A DNA stretch of 64,000 nucleotides from Leucoraja erinacea (taxonomy: Eukaryota), in contig NC_073383.1 of assembly GCF_028641065.1 (NCBI RefSeq), forward strand, positions 52,390,001 through 52,454,000, given 5' to 3'. Made by a program: the position numbers and the translations under genes. Below are positions 50,501 to 62,500 of this stretch, piece by piece. The notes below the pieces were generated by a model that saw nothing but the letters and a program-made list of their open reading frames with translations, was not told the DNA's origin and searched no databases. Positions within the stretch are counted from its first letter, which is position 1, and the number at the start of each line of letters is the position of its first letter.

Positions 50501-53500
50501 TTGACCCAATATCAGAGACGATTTGTTGAGCTCTACAATCAAGGTATGTATTTGATCTAATTTTCTTTTTTCTTCGCAAAATTTGCTCTGTAGAGCAGCT
50601 ATAGGTCCATTATTAAATATATATGATATATAATATATAATATGTGTGAAATAAAATACAATAACTAAGAGTAGGGGAAAAATGGGAAAATAACCTAATT
50701 TTGCTAATAAAAATTGAAAACAACTTGTGTTTTCAATTTTCAGTTTTTTACATGTTTTAGAATTGGGTCATCTTGTACTTGTGAGGCTATTTGAGTCCCC
50801 CCCAGAATCACCCAAATCATTTAAAAGCCAGTGGGATGGTAGTTAAACTACACTCACCGGTGTAATATAAGAGATGCACTGGAAATTTGAACACTGCATA
50901 CTCCACAGTACCATAATAATGATTGGATAATATGCGTCTCGATACTTGAAGTATAAGCATTGGGTAATACACTGGGGCCCCCCCCCCCCCCCCCCCCCCC
51001 CCCTGCTTGTCAAGATGGTGCTGTGGGTTTTTTTTTAACAGCGATCTGGAAATGTGAGCTTTGTTTAATGTCTCAGCCAAATTATGGCTTCTCAATCAGC
51101 CAATACACTGGAGTGTTGGCTAAGAATTTTGTATACAAATCTCTGGAGTAAAATTTGAATATGGCTCCAGCTGATTCCAAGACGTGATTGCTGCCAATTG
51201 GGTCACAGTTGTCAGTGTGACTAAATCTTGTGCATGCTTTATTACTTTTAAACTGGATTTTGCCCAAATTCATACCTGAATAATTATTTCAAATTACTTT
51301 CTATATTGAAATTAGTGAAACAATCCAAAGATTATTTTGAAGGATTCCACGTGCATTATATTTTGCAGTGAAACATTTGAAACGTAGATAAGGATTTGCC
51401 CGAATTAGATTTTAAATTATTTCTGTTATCCATATGTTTTGTTGCAGTTGCAGCAACTCACAAGGAAACAAAACAATTTTTCACTCTTTATAATACACTT
51501 GATGATAAAAAGGTGTACTTGGAAAAAGAGGTAAGGAAAACAGAAATCCATTGCATTGTATTCTCAGTCACTGATAAGTTAAACAATTGTGGCAAATACG
51601 TTCATCCAAAGCTATGACTATTAAAATAAAAATAAATACACATGATGGACCATGGAAATAAAAACAATGGATGGACTGAGCAAAATATCAGTCAAACCTG
51701 CTGAGTTATTTATAATTTGAGTTTGGCCTTCAGAAAAGGATATGGGTAGTCCCGGGGTTATATTAGGCTTCCGTTCCTGAGAACTGTCCATTAATATAAA
51801 ATTATCTTCCTCTGCAGTTATCAAAATGTCCCATTGCTGGTTTTGAAAATCTTCATGTATTAATGAATATTAGTGAGTGATAAACAATGTTACAATGTCA
51901 ATAGAAGCCTTTGTGGCGGGCTGAGCCATTTTGGTATTGAACTGTCGTTGGTTGGGCTAGAACTCTCGCGTGGGCCAGGCATGATCTGGGCCGACCAATT
52001 ACGCGGTCAGAGGAGGGGGCCGTCATGGGGTTAGAGAACAAAGGATTTTGCGATTGTAGTTTAACCCGTTTCACGAGCGACGGCACGGGAATAGTTACAT
52101 ATTAACTTGATACGTGCGTGAGCGACGGGGCTGTAGCGGTTAATTATGAAATGGTGTTTACACAATACGTGGACCTCTACAGTGGTGACCCCAATGATCC
52201 AAAATGTCCTATTTTGGATTTTATCATGTTTGCAGCCGACAACCCAGATCTGCAGAATGCAGTTTTGATCAAACTGCCCACTTTCTGGACATCACAGCCC
52301 TGCTTGTGGTTTGAACAGGCAGAAGCCTAGTTCCACATTGCCAGATCACTGCTGATGCCACCAAATACTACTATGTGGTCAGTGCCATGGACCAGGACAC
52401 CGCCGGGTGCCTAATCGATTACCTTCGCCAGTCACCAACCGACGGCAAGTGCGAGGGCCTCAAAATACTCCTCTTGCGCACGTTCGGTCTCAGCCGCTGC
52501 GACAGGGCAGCCAGACTCCTGCACATGGATGGCCTAGGCGACCGCAAGCCGTCCGTGCTTATGAATGAAATGCACGCCTTGATGGACGGACACAAGACCT
52601 GCCTCCTGTTCAAACAGGTTTTTCTCGAGCAGATGCCTGATGACATTCGCCTGCTCCTCGCGGATGCCGATTTCACCAACACCCGATAGCTGGCTACCTG
52701 TGCGGATGTGCTGTGGCAGACGAAACAGCAGGGTGGCGCCACCATCAGCCGGGTGGCGTCGGGTCAACGTCCGGTTCCAGCTTCTACCAAGGGCACAGCA
52801 GTGAGGCCGGCCACGAGTGACGCCGGCAAATGTATGTGATGTTACTACCACCAAAGGTGGGGTTCCGAGGCCCGCCGATGCCGACCAACCTGCACGCATC
52901 CAGGAAACGCCTTGGCCGGCCGCCAATAGTCGCTACTGCGGCCGGCCAGAAGCACCAACTGGCCAAAGACAAATTTCGCAGGATGGAGGAAATGGGCATA
53001 GTGCGCCACTCAGACAGCCCGTGGGCATCCCGCTTCACATGGTCCCCAAAGCGTCTGTGGTCTGAAGACCCAGTGGGGACTACTGCTTTCTCAATGACGT
53101 CACAACGGCCAACTGGTAACCTGTCCCTCGCATCCAAGACTTCACGGCCTCTCTGATCATAAGCTTATACGGTTCACCATCCCTTCTCCGACACCTCGCC
53201 CCCGCTTCCTCCGAGAAATCACCTTCCGTAATCTAAAATCCATTGATCCCCTCCATCTCTCTGACCTCCTCTCCACCACTCTCCCCCTGGACTCAGCCCC
53301 CATCTCACCTGATGATCTCACAAACCATCTCAACTCCACCTTGTCAACCTCCCTTAACACTATGGCCCCCCTCAAAACAAGAACCGTAACTTTCAATACA
53401 TCTTCACCCTGGTACACACCTGCACTTCGTAAACTGAAACAGACTGGTCGCCGACTTGAATGGCTCACAAAGAAATCATCTCTCACAGTCCACCTTGAAG

Positions 53501-56500
53501 CTTACAAACTCCACCTCACTGACTACAAAGATGCCCTCATTGCTGCAAAATCTGCCTACCTCTCCTCCATATTCACTGATCCCTGCCTAAACCAGGGATC
53601 CTCAAGCCTCGAGCCAACACTCTCCCTACCTCTACTCCGGATCTCTGCACTCATTCCTCCACCAAAATCAGCACCATCTATCAATCTTTATCCCCTGTAC
53701 CCGACTCCCCAGCATCTACTCCACCACCTACCAAGGCCCCTCCTTTCAACATCTCCACTGACCTCCTTACCCCTCCTCCACACTGCTTCCTCTTCCAGTT
53801 TGACCTGGTCACTTCTATTGAAATCTCCAAACTCATCAGCTCTTCCAAACCTGCTCAACCTTCTCCACACTCCCCTGCTGAAGTCCTGCCTCCCCGTTCT
53901 CTGCCCCTACCTCACTAATCTCTTCAACTCCGCATTGTCCCAAGGAATTGTCCCCTCCGCTTTCAAAACTGCTGCTGTCACACCAATCTTAAAGAAACCT
54001 GGTCTTGATCCCTCCTCTCTCATTAACTACCGCCCAATCTCAAACCTCCCCTTTCTTTCAAAAACCCTGGAGCGTATCGTTGCGTCACAACTTCATTCCC
54101 ACCTCCTTGCGTATAACCTACTTGAACCCCTCCAATCTGGCTTTCGCCCCCTCCATAGCACAGAAACTGCTCTCCTCAAAGTCCTCAACTACCTCCTCAC
54201 CTCTGCTGACACTAGTTCCCTCAACATCCTCATCCTCCTCGACCTGAGCGCAGCCTTCGATACAGTGAACCATAATATCCTGCTCACCAGACTCAAAGAC
54301 CTCGGCACTCAGAGGCTCTGCACTCAGCTGGCTCCGTTCCTACCTTTCCAACAGATCCCACTTCATCTCTCCACAACCACACCTCTGCTACAGCCACAGT
54401 CACTCAAGGCGTTCCCCAAGGCTCCGTACTCGGCCCCCTCCTCTTCTTCATCTACATCCTCCCCCTTGGTCAGATACTCCACCACTTCAACCTGGACTTC
54501 CACTATTACGCCGATGACACCNNNNNNNNNNNNNNNNNNNNNNNNNNNNNNNNNNNNNNNNNNNNNNNNNNNNNNNNNNNNNNNNNNNNNNNNNNNNNNN
54601 NNNNNNNNNNNNNNNNNNNNNNNNNNNNNNNNNNNNNNNNNNNNNNNNNNNNNNNNNTGTTTGTCAGCTATAAAAACCTGGATGCAACATAACTTCCTCA
54701 AACTCAACAGTGATAAGACAGAATTCCTCCTCATAGGCTCCAAAGCCACACTCAGCAAAATCTTTGATTCCACCCTCTCCCTTGAGCCTCACATTCACCA
54801 TGTCATTAAAACCTCCTTCTTTCATCGCCGCAACATCGCCAAACTCAGACCCTCTCTCACACCTCCCGCTGCTGAAAGACTCATCCATGCCTTCATCTCC
54901 TCCCGACTGGACGATTGCAACTCACTTCTCCTTGGCATCAGCTCCACCTACATCAACCGACTACAACTGGTCCAGAACGCAGCCGCCCGACTCATCACCC
55001 ACACCAAATCCTGGCATCACATCAGCCTAGTCCTCAAACAACTTCACTGGCTTCCCATCTCCCACCGGATCACCTACAAAATCCTGATCCTCACCTACAA
55101 AGCCGTCCACCATCTGGTCCCCCCATATCTCACTGACCTCTCCCCCTAACAACCCTCACGGTCCCTCAGATCAACCGGTCTCCTCTCCATCCACAAGTCC
55201 AACCTCTGCAGTTTTGGGGACAGAGCCTTCTCCAGGGCAGCTCCCAGGCTCTGGAACTCCCTCCCCCAACTGATCCGCAATTCCGTGTCCCTCACCATCT
55301 TCCAGTCCCGCCTCAAGACCCATCTCTTCACCTCTGCCTATCCTCAGCCCCACGTCCCCCTCCCTTTTCATCTGTGCACTAATTGCCTCATTGTGTTTTG
55401 AATTGTATTCTGTCTTTACTTTGTGTACTAGTCATGTCTCTACTATTTATTTCATTCCCCTTACATTTTTTTCCTCTACCTGCTAAATTTTTGTAAGGTG
55501 TCCTTGAGACTCTTGAAAGGTGCCCATAAATAAAATTTATTATTATTATTATTAGTCTCGATGGCGCCAAGGTTTTTTCCTAAATCGACCTGGTACATGG
55601 CTACCATCAGATTCCAGTCCACCAGGACGACATCCCCAAGACGGCTCTCATCACCCCGTTCGGGCTCTTTGAGTTCCTACGGGTGCCTGGAGCTCCTCGC
55701 GCTCTACCTGGCCATCCGGCATTTCCGCTACTTCCTTGAGGGCAGGGGTTTCACAGGAACAACAAGCCACTCGAGTTTGCCTTTGCCAAGGTGTCTGATC
55801 CCTGGTCATCCCGGCAGCAGCGTCACTTGGCCTACACCTCCAGCACATCGCAGGCAAGTGTAATCGGGTCGCAGATGCGTAGTCCCGCACCGTCATCAAT
55901 GCCATCCATGCTTTGGTCCCAGGTTTCGACTACCCGGCCGTGGAGGACGTATGATTCGGGCCCGCTGACACCACATCCTTTGCGACGTGTCTACCGGACA
56001 GCAAAGACCCATCATCCCCGCAACCTGGCGCAGCCGGATTTTCGATATGGTTCATGGTCTGGCTCACCCTTCCACCCAGGCAACAACGGCACTGGTGGCA
56101 GCCAAGTTCATGTGGCACATGTTGCACAAACAGGTCGGCAACTGGGCCAGGGCGTGCATCCCCTGTCAAACCTCAAAGATTCAGCGACACATCAAGGCGC
56201 CGCTGCAGAATTTCGCCCTGCCACACTGGTGTTTCGACCACATCCACGTCGACATCGTTCGACCGCTGCCCCCATCCACAGGTGTCACCCACCTTTTCAC
56301 CATCATGGACCGATTCACGAGATGGCCGGAAGCCGTCCCACTCTCGGATACCTCCACTGTGACGTATGCACGTGCCCTCACTGCCCACTAGATCGCCTAC
56401 TTTGGTCTGCCGGTGGATATCTCCTTCTACAGAGGTGCGCAGTTTACCACTGATTTGTGGTCAACAATGGCCCGGCTGCTTGACGGTCAGCTGAATCACA

Positions 56501-59500
56501 CTAAGGCCTACCATCCGCAAGCAAACTGCCTCTTGGAGCATTTTCATCGGCATCTGAAGGCATCCCTAAATGCACGGCTCACGGGCTCAGACTGGATGGA
56601 CGAGTTGCCATGGGTCCTGCTGGGCATATGCGCTGCCTCAAAGGAGGACCTGGCAATTTCCTCGGCTGAGCTGGTGTACAGCGCCCGCTTACGGTCGCAG
56701 GAGACTTCATCTCGGCGACACATGGACATCGGGAATCGCCCATGACCATGTGGACGTGCCTCTGGGAGAAGATGGGCACACTCACGCCAGTCCCAACATC
56801 CCGGACTCACCACCACGTACATCCCACCTGCCCCCCAGGACTGCCAGTATGCCTTCCTTTGCCGCGATTCCCACCATACGCCACTGTAAAGGCCTTACGA
56901 GGGACACGGCACCATAACTTTTGTCATCAACATGGGCGGCAGACACGAGACTGTCTCTGTGGACCGTCTTAAGCCGGGACACTTGGACATGATATGATAT
57001 GATATGCCATTTATTGTCACTATACATGTACAATGAAATTAAAAGCTGCTCGTACTCAGTGCATACATATAATTTAGTACAAAAAACAAGAAACAGAAAA
57101 CAAAAACAAAAGGGAGAAGGGGGGGGGATAGGTGCACAATTCTGCGGCGCTATATACATATCTATATCATATCTAAAGGCAAAATGGTGAAGGAGATGTT
57201 TAAAGATCATATTAAATATTAAAATGTTTTATTTTTTTTAAATGTTAAAAATTACAGTTACAATACACATTACAGTTCCAAATTTCATTACGTGGATATA
57301 ATAGATGGAAGTCCGGGTGTTGGGCTGTGAAGTCAGTGCATGTGTGAATTAAGAGTAGTTATAATTTTCGGAAAACAACTATTCCTGAGTCTATTTGTCC
57401 TGGATTTGATGCACCTATAGCGCCTTCCAGAGGGCAGCAGGTCGAACAGTCCAAACGCAGGATGGGAGCTGTCCTTGATGATATTCTTTGCCCTGCTAAG
57501 GCAGCGGGAGGTGTAAATATCCATCAGGGAGGGGAGAGGGCAGCCAATGATCTTCTGTGCTGTCCTAGTTACCCTCTGAAGCCTCTCCCTGTGCCATGGT
57601 GCAGCTGCCATACCATGCTGCAAAGCAGTATGTCAGCAGGCTCTCGATGGACGAGCGGTAGAAGGTCAGCAGCAGGTTAGAGTCCAGGTTGTGCTTCCTG
57701 AGGACCCTCAGGAAGTGCAGCCGCTGCTGAGCCTTCTTGATGACCGCTGTCGTGTTGCCTGTCCAGGAGATATCAGCAGCGATATGGACGCCGAGAAACC
57801 GGAAGGTGTTGACCCTCTCCACACACTCGCCGTTGATATGTAGGGGGACTAAGTCGGTGCTGTGCCTTCTGAAGTCGACAATGAGCTCTTTTGTTTTCCT
57901 GGTGTTCAGAGCCAGATTGTTTTCTGAGCACCAGGTTGTCAACTTCAGGACTTCCTCTCTGTAGGCTGCCTCGTCTCCCTTTGAAATAAGTCCGACTACA
58001 GTAGTGTCGTCAGCAAATTTGACGATGCGGTTGTTGGTGTGGGCCGGACTACAGTCATAGGTGTAGAGACAGTATAAGAGGGGGCTTAGCACACAGCCCT
58101 GTGGGGAGCCGGTACTCAACCTGCGAGTGGAGGAGAGGTGGGGGCCGAGTCTCACAGTCTGGGGCCGGTTGGTGAGGAAATCTTTTATCCAGGCACATGT
58201 GAGAGTGGGGAGGCCGAGAGTGACCAGTTTATCAATGAGAATGTCCGGAATGATTGTATTGAAAGCTGAGCTATAATCCACAAAGAGCATCCGGACGTAG
58301 CTCTGCCCCTGCTCCAGATGGCTCAGCACAGAGTGGAGAGCTACGGTAATGGCGTCTTCCGTGGATCTGTTTTGGCGATAAGCGAATTGGTGGGGGTCGA
58401 AGTCTGGTGGTAGATAGTCCTTGATGTGCTGGAGGACCAATCTCTCGAAGCACTTCGTGATTACCGGAGTGAGGGCCACAGGACGGTAATCATTAAGGCT
58501 GGTGATGGGAGACTTCTTCGGCACTGGGACGATTGTGGCTGATTTTAGGCAGGACGGAATAACTGCCTGGTCCAGGGAGAGGTTGAAAATTCTGGTGAAG
58601 ATGGCAGTGAGCTGGTGGGCACACGCTTTGAGCGCCTTACCAGGTACACCATCTGGGCCGGTAGCCTTCTTGGGGTTCACTGCCAGGAGCACCCGTCTGA
58701 CATCGTGCTCCCTGACAGTGAGTGGAGTAGTACAGGAGCCAGGTGAGGGTGGGAACAGGGCTGTAGCAGGTGAGTGCTGCTGTTGTGATGTTTCAAAGCG
58801 GGAGAAGAAGCAATTTAGCTTTTCTGCCAGCGGCACACTCAGGTCTTCTGACTTTGTGGCACAGCCTCTGTAGTTGGTAATGTCTTGTATGCCCCGCCAT
58901 ACCTCCCGTGTATTATTGCTGGACAAGTGGGACTCTATGCTCCTCTTATGGTCCGCCTTGGCTTTTTTAATACTACTTTTCAGATCGGCTCGAGCAGCCC
59001 TGTACAGAGCTCTGTCACCTGATCTGAAGGCAGCATCGCGGGCTCTGAGGCGTGTGCGGACCTGGCTGGACATCCAGGGTTTCTGGTTTGGGAAAACCCG
59101 TATGTTTTTGTCCACAGTCACGTTTCCGATGCAGAACTTGATATAGTCCAGCACCGATTCTGTGAGAGTTTCCAGATCCTGGTGTTCGAATATGTCCTAG
59201 TTTGTCTGTGTAAAGCAGTCCTGTAGATTGGAGAGTGCATTTTCAGGCCAGGTTGTAAAAGACTCAATCAACCAATGCAAGTGGCACAGCCCCGCTTTAG
59301 AGGGCGTCCACCATCTTGACCACACCCGCCCTCAACTCTGCCAGCAGCGATCCCGAACGCAGGAGACGCTTACACAAGATCAGGCCGCCTCACTCGTGAG
59401 CCTAACCGTTTCCATTACTCCGGTTCTGGGTCATGTGGCTGAGCCATTTTGGTATTAAACAGTCGTTGGTCGGGCTCGAACTCTTGCATGGACCCGGTGT

Positions 59501-62500
59501 GATCTGGGCCGACCAATCACGCGGTCAGGGGGGCGGGCCGTCATGGGGTTGGACAAGAAAGGATTTGGTGGTTGGAGTTTAACTCGTGTGTGCTCACGAG
59601 CGACGGCACGGTAATAGTCAAATATTAACTTGATGCACGCATGAGCGACGGGGCTGTATAGGTTAATTATTAAATGGAGTGTTTACGCAACGAGTGGACC
59701 TCTACACCTTGTCAGTTTCTGAAGCTAAGGGGCTGTCGCACTTAGGCAACCTAATTGGCGAGTTTAGGAGAGAAAAATGTCCTCCTTTGTAGAAGACCTC
59801 CTTCGACTGTGTTGAAGACCAGCTACGACTAACTTCGGGAAAAATTGGACACCGAATAGTGGAGAGTGAAGCCAACCTCCTTTGGCCTCCCTTCGACTAT
59901 GAAGAAGACTACCTTCGACTACCTTTGACTACCCTCGACTACCATCGATTACCTATAACTAACATGCCGACCTACTACGATTAAACCTACAAGTAAAAAA
60001 AAGTATTGATTTTTTTTTTTCCATGGCGACCTTTTTTTACTCGCGGACATTTTTCAACATGTTGAAAAATACGCTGCGACCTAGCTGAGGCCTACGGCCC
60101 CTTCTATGGCCTCATGTTGACCATGCTGCGAGTATTAGTCGAGGGCAAACTCACCAGAACTCGCGGATTAGGTCGCCCAAGTGGGACAGCCCCTTAAGTG
60201 CTCTCCCTCTGTGGTCTGGCAGGTGCGTTATTAAAGTCGCAAGGAGGTTACATGTATACACATTTTTAAATTGGTTTTCTTTGGAATTTGCTTAAAATAA
60301 CAAAATTAATAGGGGATTCAATACAATTTTAATAGCTACAATACTGTTAACTTTACAACATTTTATGTTGGACAAGTGGCTCCATGGAATTATGTATTTC
60401 CAATGTAAGGGCACTAAATGACAAGAAACGTCTGAATGTTCAGACACAATTATCCTCACACTTCATATAAGTACAAGAAAAAATATGGGTTTCCTGATCA
60501 TTGTCTTGGTAGGTTTGGCTATAATGTCTTTATTGCATGTTATGGTGTTCATTATCTAATTTTAAGATTGCAAGATTTGGATTGGTTTAAATGTTTCAAA
60601 AGTAATAAATGACACAATGCTAAAGCAATATATGTCAAAAGGACTCAATCGGTTTTCTTACTTCCTAGGTTAACCTGTTGAATTCAATTCATGATAATTT
60701 TCAACAGTGAGTATCATGCAAGTTACATGGAACAGTTACATTTATGCCAGGAGAGGAATACTCAACTGCATTGTTGATGAATACAGTACCCTCCATAATG
60801 TTTGGGGGAAAAACTATCCATCCTTTATTTATTTGCCTCTGTACTCGACAATTTGAGATTTGTAATAGAAAAAATCTCATGTGGTTAAAGTGCACATTGT
60901 CAGATTTTTTTTTAATACATTTTGTTTTCACCATGTAGAAATTACGGCAGTGTTTATACATAGTCTCCCCTCCCATTTTAGGGCACCATAATGTTTGGGA
61001 CAGTAAATGAAAGTAGTCATGCTTAGTATTTTGTTGCATATCCTTTGCATGTAATAACTGCTTGAAGTCTGCGATTCATGGACATCACCAGTGGCTGGGT
61101 ATCTTCTCTGGTGATGCTCTGCCAGGCCTGTATTGCAGTCATCTTTAACTTATGCTTCTTTTGGGGGCTTGTCCCCTTCAGTTTTCTCTTTAGCATATAA
61201 AAGGCATGCTCAATTGGGTTCAGATCGGGTGATTGACTTGGCCACTCAAGAATTTACCATTTTTTGGCTTTGAAAAACTCCTTTGATGCTTTAGCAGTAT
61301 GTTTGGGATCATTGTCTTGCTGTTGAATGAACCGCCGGCCAATGAGTTTTGAGGCATTTGTTTGAACTTGAGCAGATACAATGTGTCTATACACTTCAGA
61401 ATTCATTATGCTACTACCATCAGCAGTTGTATCATCAATGCAGATAAGTGAGCCAGTACCTTCAGCAGCCATTCATGCCCAGGCCGTAACACCCCCACCA
61501 TCGTGTTTCACAGGTGAGGTGATATGCTTTGGATCTTGGGCAGTTCCTTCTCTCCTCCATACTTTGCTCTTGCCATCACTCTGATATGTTAATCTTCATC
61601 TCATCTGTCCACAAGATGTTTTTCCAGAACTGTGGTTGCTCTTTTAACTTCTTGGCAAACTAACCTGGCCATCCTATTTTGGTGGCTAACCAGTGGTTTG
61701 CATCTTGCAGTGTAACCTCTGTATTTCTGTTCATTAAGTCTTCTGTGGTCATTGACAAATCCACACCTGACTCCCGAAGAGTGTTTCTGATCTGTCGGAC
61801 AGGTGTTTGGAGATTTTTCTTTATTATAGCGAGAATTCTTCTAATAGTCTCTAACGGTTTTATTCTTGTTTCTCAGTCTCATAATGGCTTCTTTAACTTT
61901 CATTGGCACTACTTTGGTCCTCATGTTGATAAACAGCAAAAAAAAGTCTCCAAAGATGATGGAAAGACTGGCGCTCTCTTATACCTGCATTAAGGAGGCA
62001 ATGAAACACACCAGAGCAATTACAAACACATGTGAAGCCATGTGTCACAAATAATATGGTGCCCTGAAATGGGAGAATATGTATAAACACTGCTGTAATT
62101 TCTACATGGTGAAACCAAAATGTATAAAAATGGCCTTTAATAAAATCTGGCAATGTGCATTTTAACCACAAGTGATTTTTTTTCTATTACAAATCTCAAA
62201 TTGTCGAGTACATAGGCAAATAAATAAATGATCGGTCTTTGTCCCAAACATTATGGAGGGCACTGTATCTTGCAGTTTTTCCTCATTTATCTTTCTCATT
62301 ATGCATAAGCAAAATACACAAGACCAGTATAATGAAAATTCATAGTGCATAATTGGTGCAGGTGTGCTCACAGTGTCCTTTAATTAGAATCTGTTAATTT
62401 TGAAGCATTAAATTATTAAACTGACAATTAACACAATCTCCCTTAATTTGTGATGTAGATTAGGGTATTTTACATTTTTTCCTCAACAATTATCAACCAT

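Larger units (their letters stand above)
51912..59706 (+). mobile_element. Gypsy LTR retrotransposon, CsRn1 clade, both LTRs present, decayed, carrying nested LINEs
   Basis: LTRs at 51912-52181 and 59434-59706 (TG...CA); 4-bp TSD CCTT; PBS TGGTGACCCC (tRNA-Trp). Gag LPTFWTSQP and CX2HX9CX3C; RT SDSPWAS and [12 protein letters not shown]; integrase HGLAHP...CIPCQ...FDHIHVDIV...DRFTRWPEA. Confidence 0.92.

Noticed and set aside
51441-51453. Alternative acceptor 6 nt downstream at exon 19 (TTGCAG TTGCAG)
   Set aside because: It would be in frame, but the first AG gives the expected peptide length and nothing in the sequence shows the second is used.
53341-55149. 602-aa ORF as a host gene
   Set aside because: It is L2 ORF2 remnant drifting in and out of the true frame and spanning an N gap.
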